Sequence record: NZ_CP037828.1
Direction: 5' to 3' (one strand)
From: a plasmid
DNA length: 46,053 bases
This document shows, piece by piece, positions 44,383-46,053 of the stretch (position 1 is its first letter; every line of letters begins with the position of its first letter). The translations under genes were made by a program, and so were the position numbers. The notes beneath the pieces were generated by a model, which was not told where the DNA came from, did no database searches, and was given only the letters and a program-made list of their open reading frames with translations.

Positions 44383-44769
44383 ATGATAGCATTAGAAAAA
44401 TTTGCAGGTGGAGTTCTAAAAGAAAAGTTTAATACAGAGTTACAAAAAGTTTTAGATAATATTGCAGATCCAAATACAGATTTTAAAAAAACAAGAAAAA
44501 TTAGTTTAGAGATAGTGTTTAAAGCAAATGAAGATAGAGATCTTGCTGAAGTAGATATAAAATCTAAAGCAACTATAGTAGAAGCAAAGGCTACAACAAC
44601 TAAAGTTCTGATAGGAAAAGATTTAGAGACAGGAAGAGTTGAAGCGTCTGAATTTAAAAATCAAGTAGCAGGGCAGTTGGTCATGGATATTCCAGATAGT
44701 GAAGAAACTAATGAAACAGAAGAAAATAGTGCTAGTGTAATTGATTTCAGAAATGCAAGTTCAAAGTAG
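44383..44769 (+). CDS. Hypothetical protein
   Basis: AAGGAG RBS. Confidence 0.35.
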   Translation: MIALEKFAGGVLKEKFNTELQKVLDNIADPNTDFKKTRKISLEIVFKANEDRDLAEVDIKSKATIVEAKATTTKVLIGKDLETGRVEASEFKNQVAGQLVMDIPDSEETNETEENSASVIDFRNASSK

Positions 44770-44820
44770 TTTAAGAAAGTAAGTAAAATATAAATTTAAA
44801 TAAAAAAGGAGAATAAAAAA

Positions 44821-45525
44821 ATGATAAGAAATGCAATAGAATATTTAGTTAAGTTAGGAAAAAGAGAAACAGTATGTGTAGATGGGTTTAAGTACACAAC
44901 AGATGCATTAGAAATAATAGAAGAACCAAAAGCTAATGAATTAGAAATAACTACATTGAGTGGTTTAGTAGATTATATAAAAAGTGGCATAGATCATAAA
45001 GAAGATGAATTGTTATTAATACAAGTTCTAACTCCAAGAAAAGTGCTTTTAAAATCTCCTTTGAGAAAAAATAGAGATAGAGAGACATATATTGAATGTG
45101 TTGCACTACTACCAGAGAAAAGATTTGACAGACCTTTAGACTTAGATAGTTTTAACATAATGCTACAATCAGCATTTATAAAGAATAATGATAGAGATAC
45201 ACTTTTAAAAATTGCAGGTAATATCCAAGAATCTACAGTAAAAAACGTGGGAGATGATGGAGTTTCTCAATCTGTAACAATAAAAACAGGTGTCGCTAGT
45301 GTATCAGAAGCAATAGTTCCAAATAGAGTAAAATTGATTCCTTACCGTACTTTCCAAGAAGTAGAGCAACCAGAAAGTGAATTTATTTTCAGAATGAGTT
45401 CTGGACCAGCAGCAGGATTATATGAAGCAGATGGTGGAGCATGGAAAAATCAAGCAATGTTAAATATTAAAGCGTACTTGCAAGAAGAATTAAAAGATTT
45501 TAAAAATGTAAATATAATTGCTTAA
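44821..45525 (+). CDS. Hypothetical protein, possibly recombination-associated given its position before ssb
   Basis: Position only. No diagnostic motif found. Confidence 0.3.
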   Translation: MIRNAIEYLVKLGKRETVCVDGFKYTTDALEIIEEPKANELEITTLSGLVDYIKSGIDHKEDELLLIQVLTPRKVLLKSPLRKNRDRETYIECVALLPEKRFDRPLDLDSFNIMLQSAFIKNNDRDTLLKIAGNIQESTVKNVGDDGVSQSVTIKTGVASVSEAIVPNRVKLIPYRTFQEVEQPESEFIFRMSSGPAAGLYEADGGAWKNQAMLNIKAYLQEELKDFKNVNIIA

Positions 45526-45582
45526 TTGAAAATCTAAGAGGACTTATTATAAGTCCTCTTAGTAAAACAAGGAGGGAGTTAA

Positions 45583-45765
45583 ATGAAAAGTATTTCTCAT
45601 ATGAACATTTTAGAAAGAGCAGAATTTACAGACAAAATTGCTAATGCAATTATGTCTGCAAATAAAGAAATTGAAAGAGGTTGTGCCTTTAATGAAGCAG
45701 TTGAGATTGTAAAACAAATGGAATATAGAGAAAATAAATACAATGAAGGAGATATTGCAATATGA
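45583..45765 (+). CDS. Hypothetical small protein
   Basis: AGGAGGGAG RBS. Confidence 0.3.
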   Translation: MKSISHMNILERAEFTDKIANAIMSANKEIERGCAFNEAVEIVKQMEYRENKYNEGDIAI

Positions 45766-46053
45766 ATAATGTAGTTTTAGTTGGAAGATTAGCAAGAGAT
45801 CCAGAATTAAGATATATACCAGAGTATGGTACTCCAGTTGCTACTTTTGCATTGGCAGTTGATAGGGGTTATGCAAAAAAGGATGGAACTAGAGAAGTTG
45901 ATTTTATACCAATTGAAGTTATGGGAGGATCAGCAGAATTTTGTGCTAATTATCTCACAAAAGGAAGAATGGTTTCAATTCAAGGCCAAATAAGGATAGA
46001 AAAATATGAAAAAGATGGAGAGAAAAAAACTTTCACAAAAGTAAGAACAAAAA
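45762..46053 (+). CDS. ssb: Single-stranded DNA-binding protein (SSB), 5' partial; runs off the window end
   Basis: 'MNNVVLVGRLARDPELRYIPEYGTPVATFALAVDRGY...DFIPIEVMG' OB-fold signature. Confidence 0.8.
   Translation, partial: MNNVVLVGRLARDPELRYIPEYGTPVATFALAVDRGYAKKDGTREVDFIPIEVMGGSAEFCANYLTKGRMVSIQGQIRIEKYEKDGEKKTFTKVRTK

Overview
AT-rich (about 70% A+T) low-GC Firmicutes DNA with Clostridium/Clostridioides-like codon usage. Almost the whole window is one mobile genome that reads as a myovirus-type phage-plasmid. Bases 1-30200 (+ strand) are a late-gene block: a sigma-70-like regulator, a LemA/membrane protein pair, a free-standing HNH endonuclease flanked by a 45-bp duplication, an ArpU/sigma-region-4-like regulator, a catalytic-domain-only tyrosine recombinase, then terminase small and large subunits, portal, Mu-F/SPP1-gp7 head morphogenesis protein, scaffold, capsid, connectors, tail sheath, tail tube, chaperone, a 1129-aa tape measure protein, a lipoprotein moron, LysM, a 3D-like/NlpC-P60 tail lysin, baseplate proteins, tail fibre, XhlA-like protein, holin, an Amidase_3 endolysin and a frameshifted DNA methyltransferase. 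Bases 30577-36041 (- strand) are a plasmid-style maintenance block: a ParM actin-like partition ATPase with flanking DNA-binding proteins, a candidate type I toxin/antisense-RNA pair, two tandem paralogous GIY-YIG proteins, and a Rep_3-type initiator followed by six perfect 22-bp iterons. Bases 36254-46053 (mostly + strand) are a regulatory and replication block: an orphan BlaI/MecI-family repressor beside a cluster of TACA/TGTA palindromes, two tandem paralogous XRE-repressor/operator/small-gene modules with different operator words, a replisome-organizer-like gene containing a GC-rich repeat island, two tandem copies of a convergent Cys-rich small-gene pair of unknown function, a DnaB-family helicase, an array of 10-bp palindromes, and the start of SSB. 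No rRNA, tRNA or CRISPR array was seen. The most novel-looking items are the duplicated Cys-rich convergent cassettes, the tandem GIY-YIG paralogs inside the plasmid-maintenance block, the type I TA candidate, the dual immunity-like modules, and the mini tyrosine recombinase with nearby repeat arrays in the packaging region.
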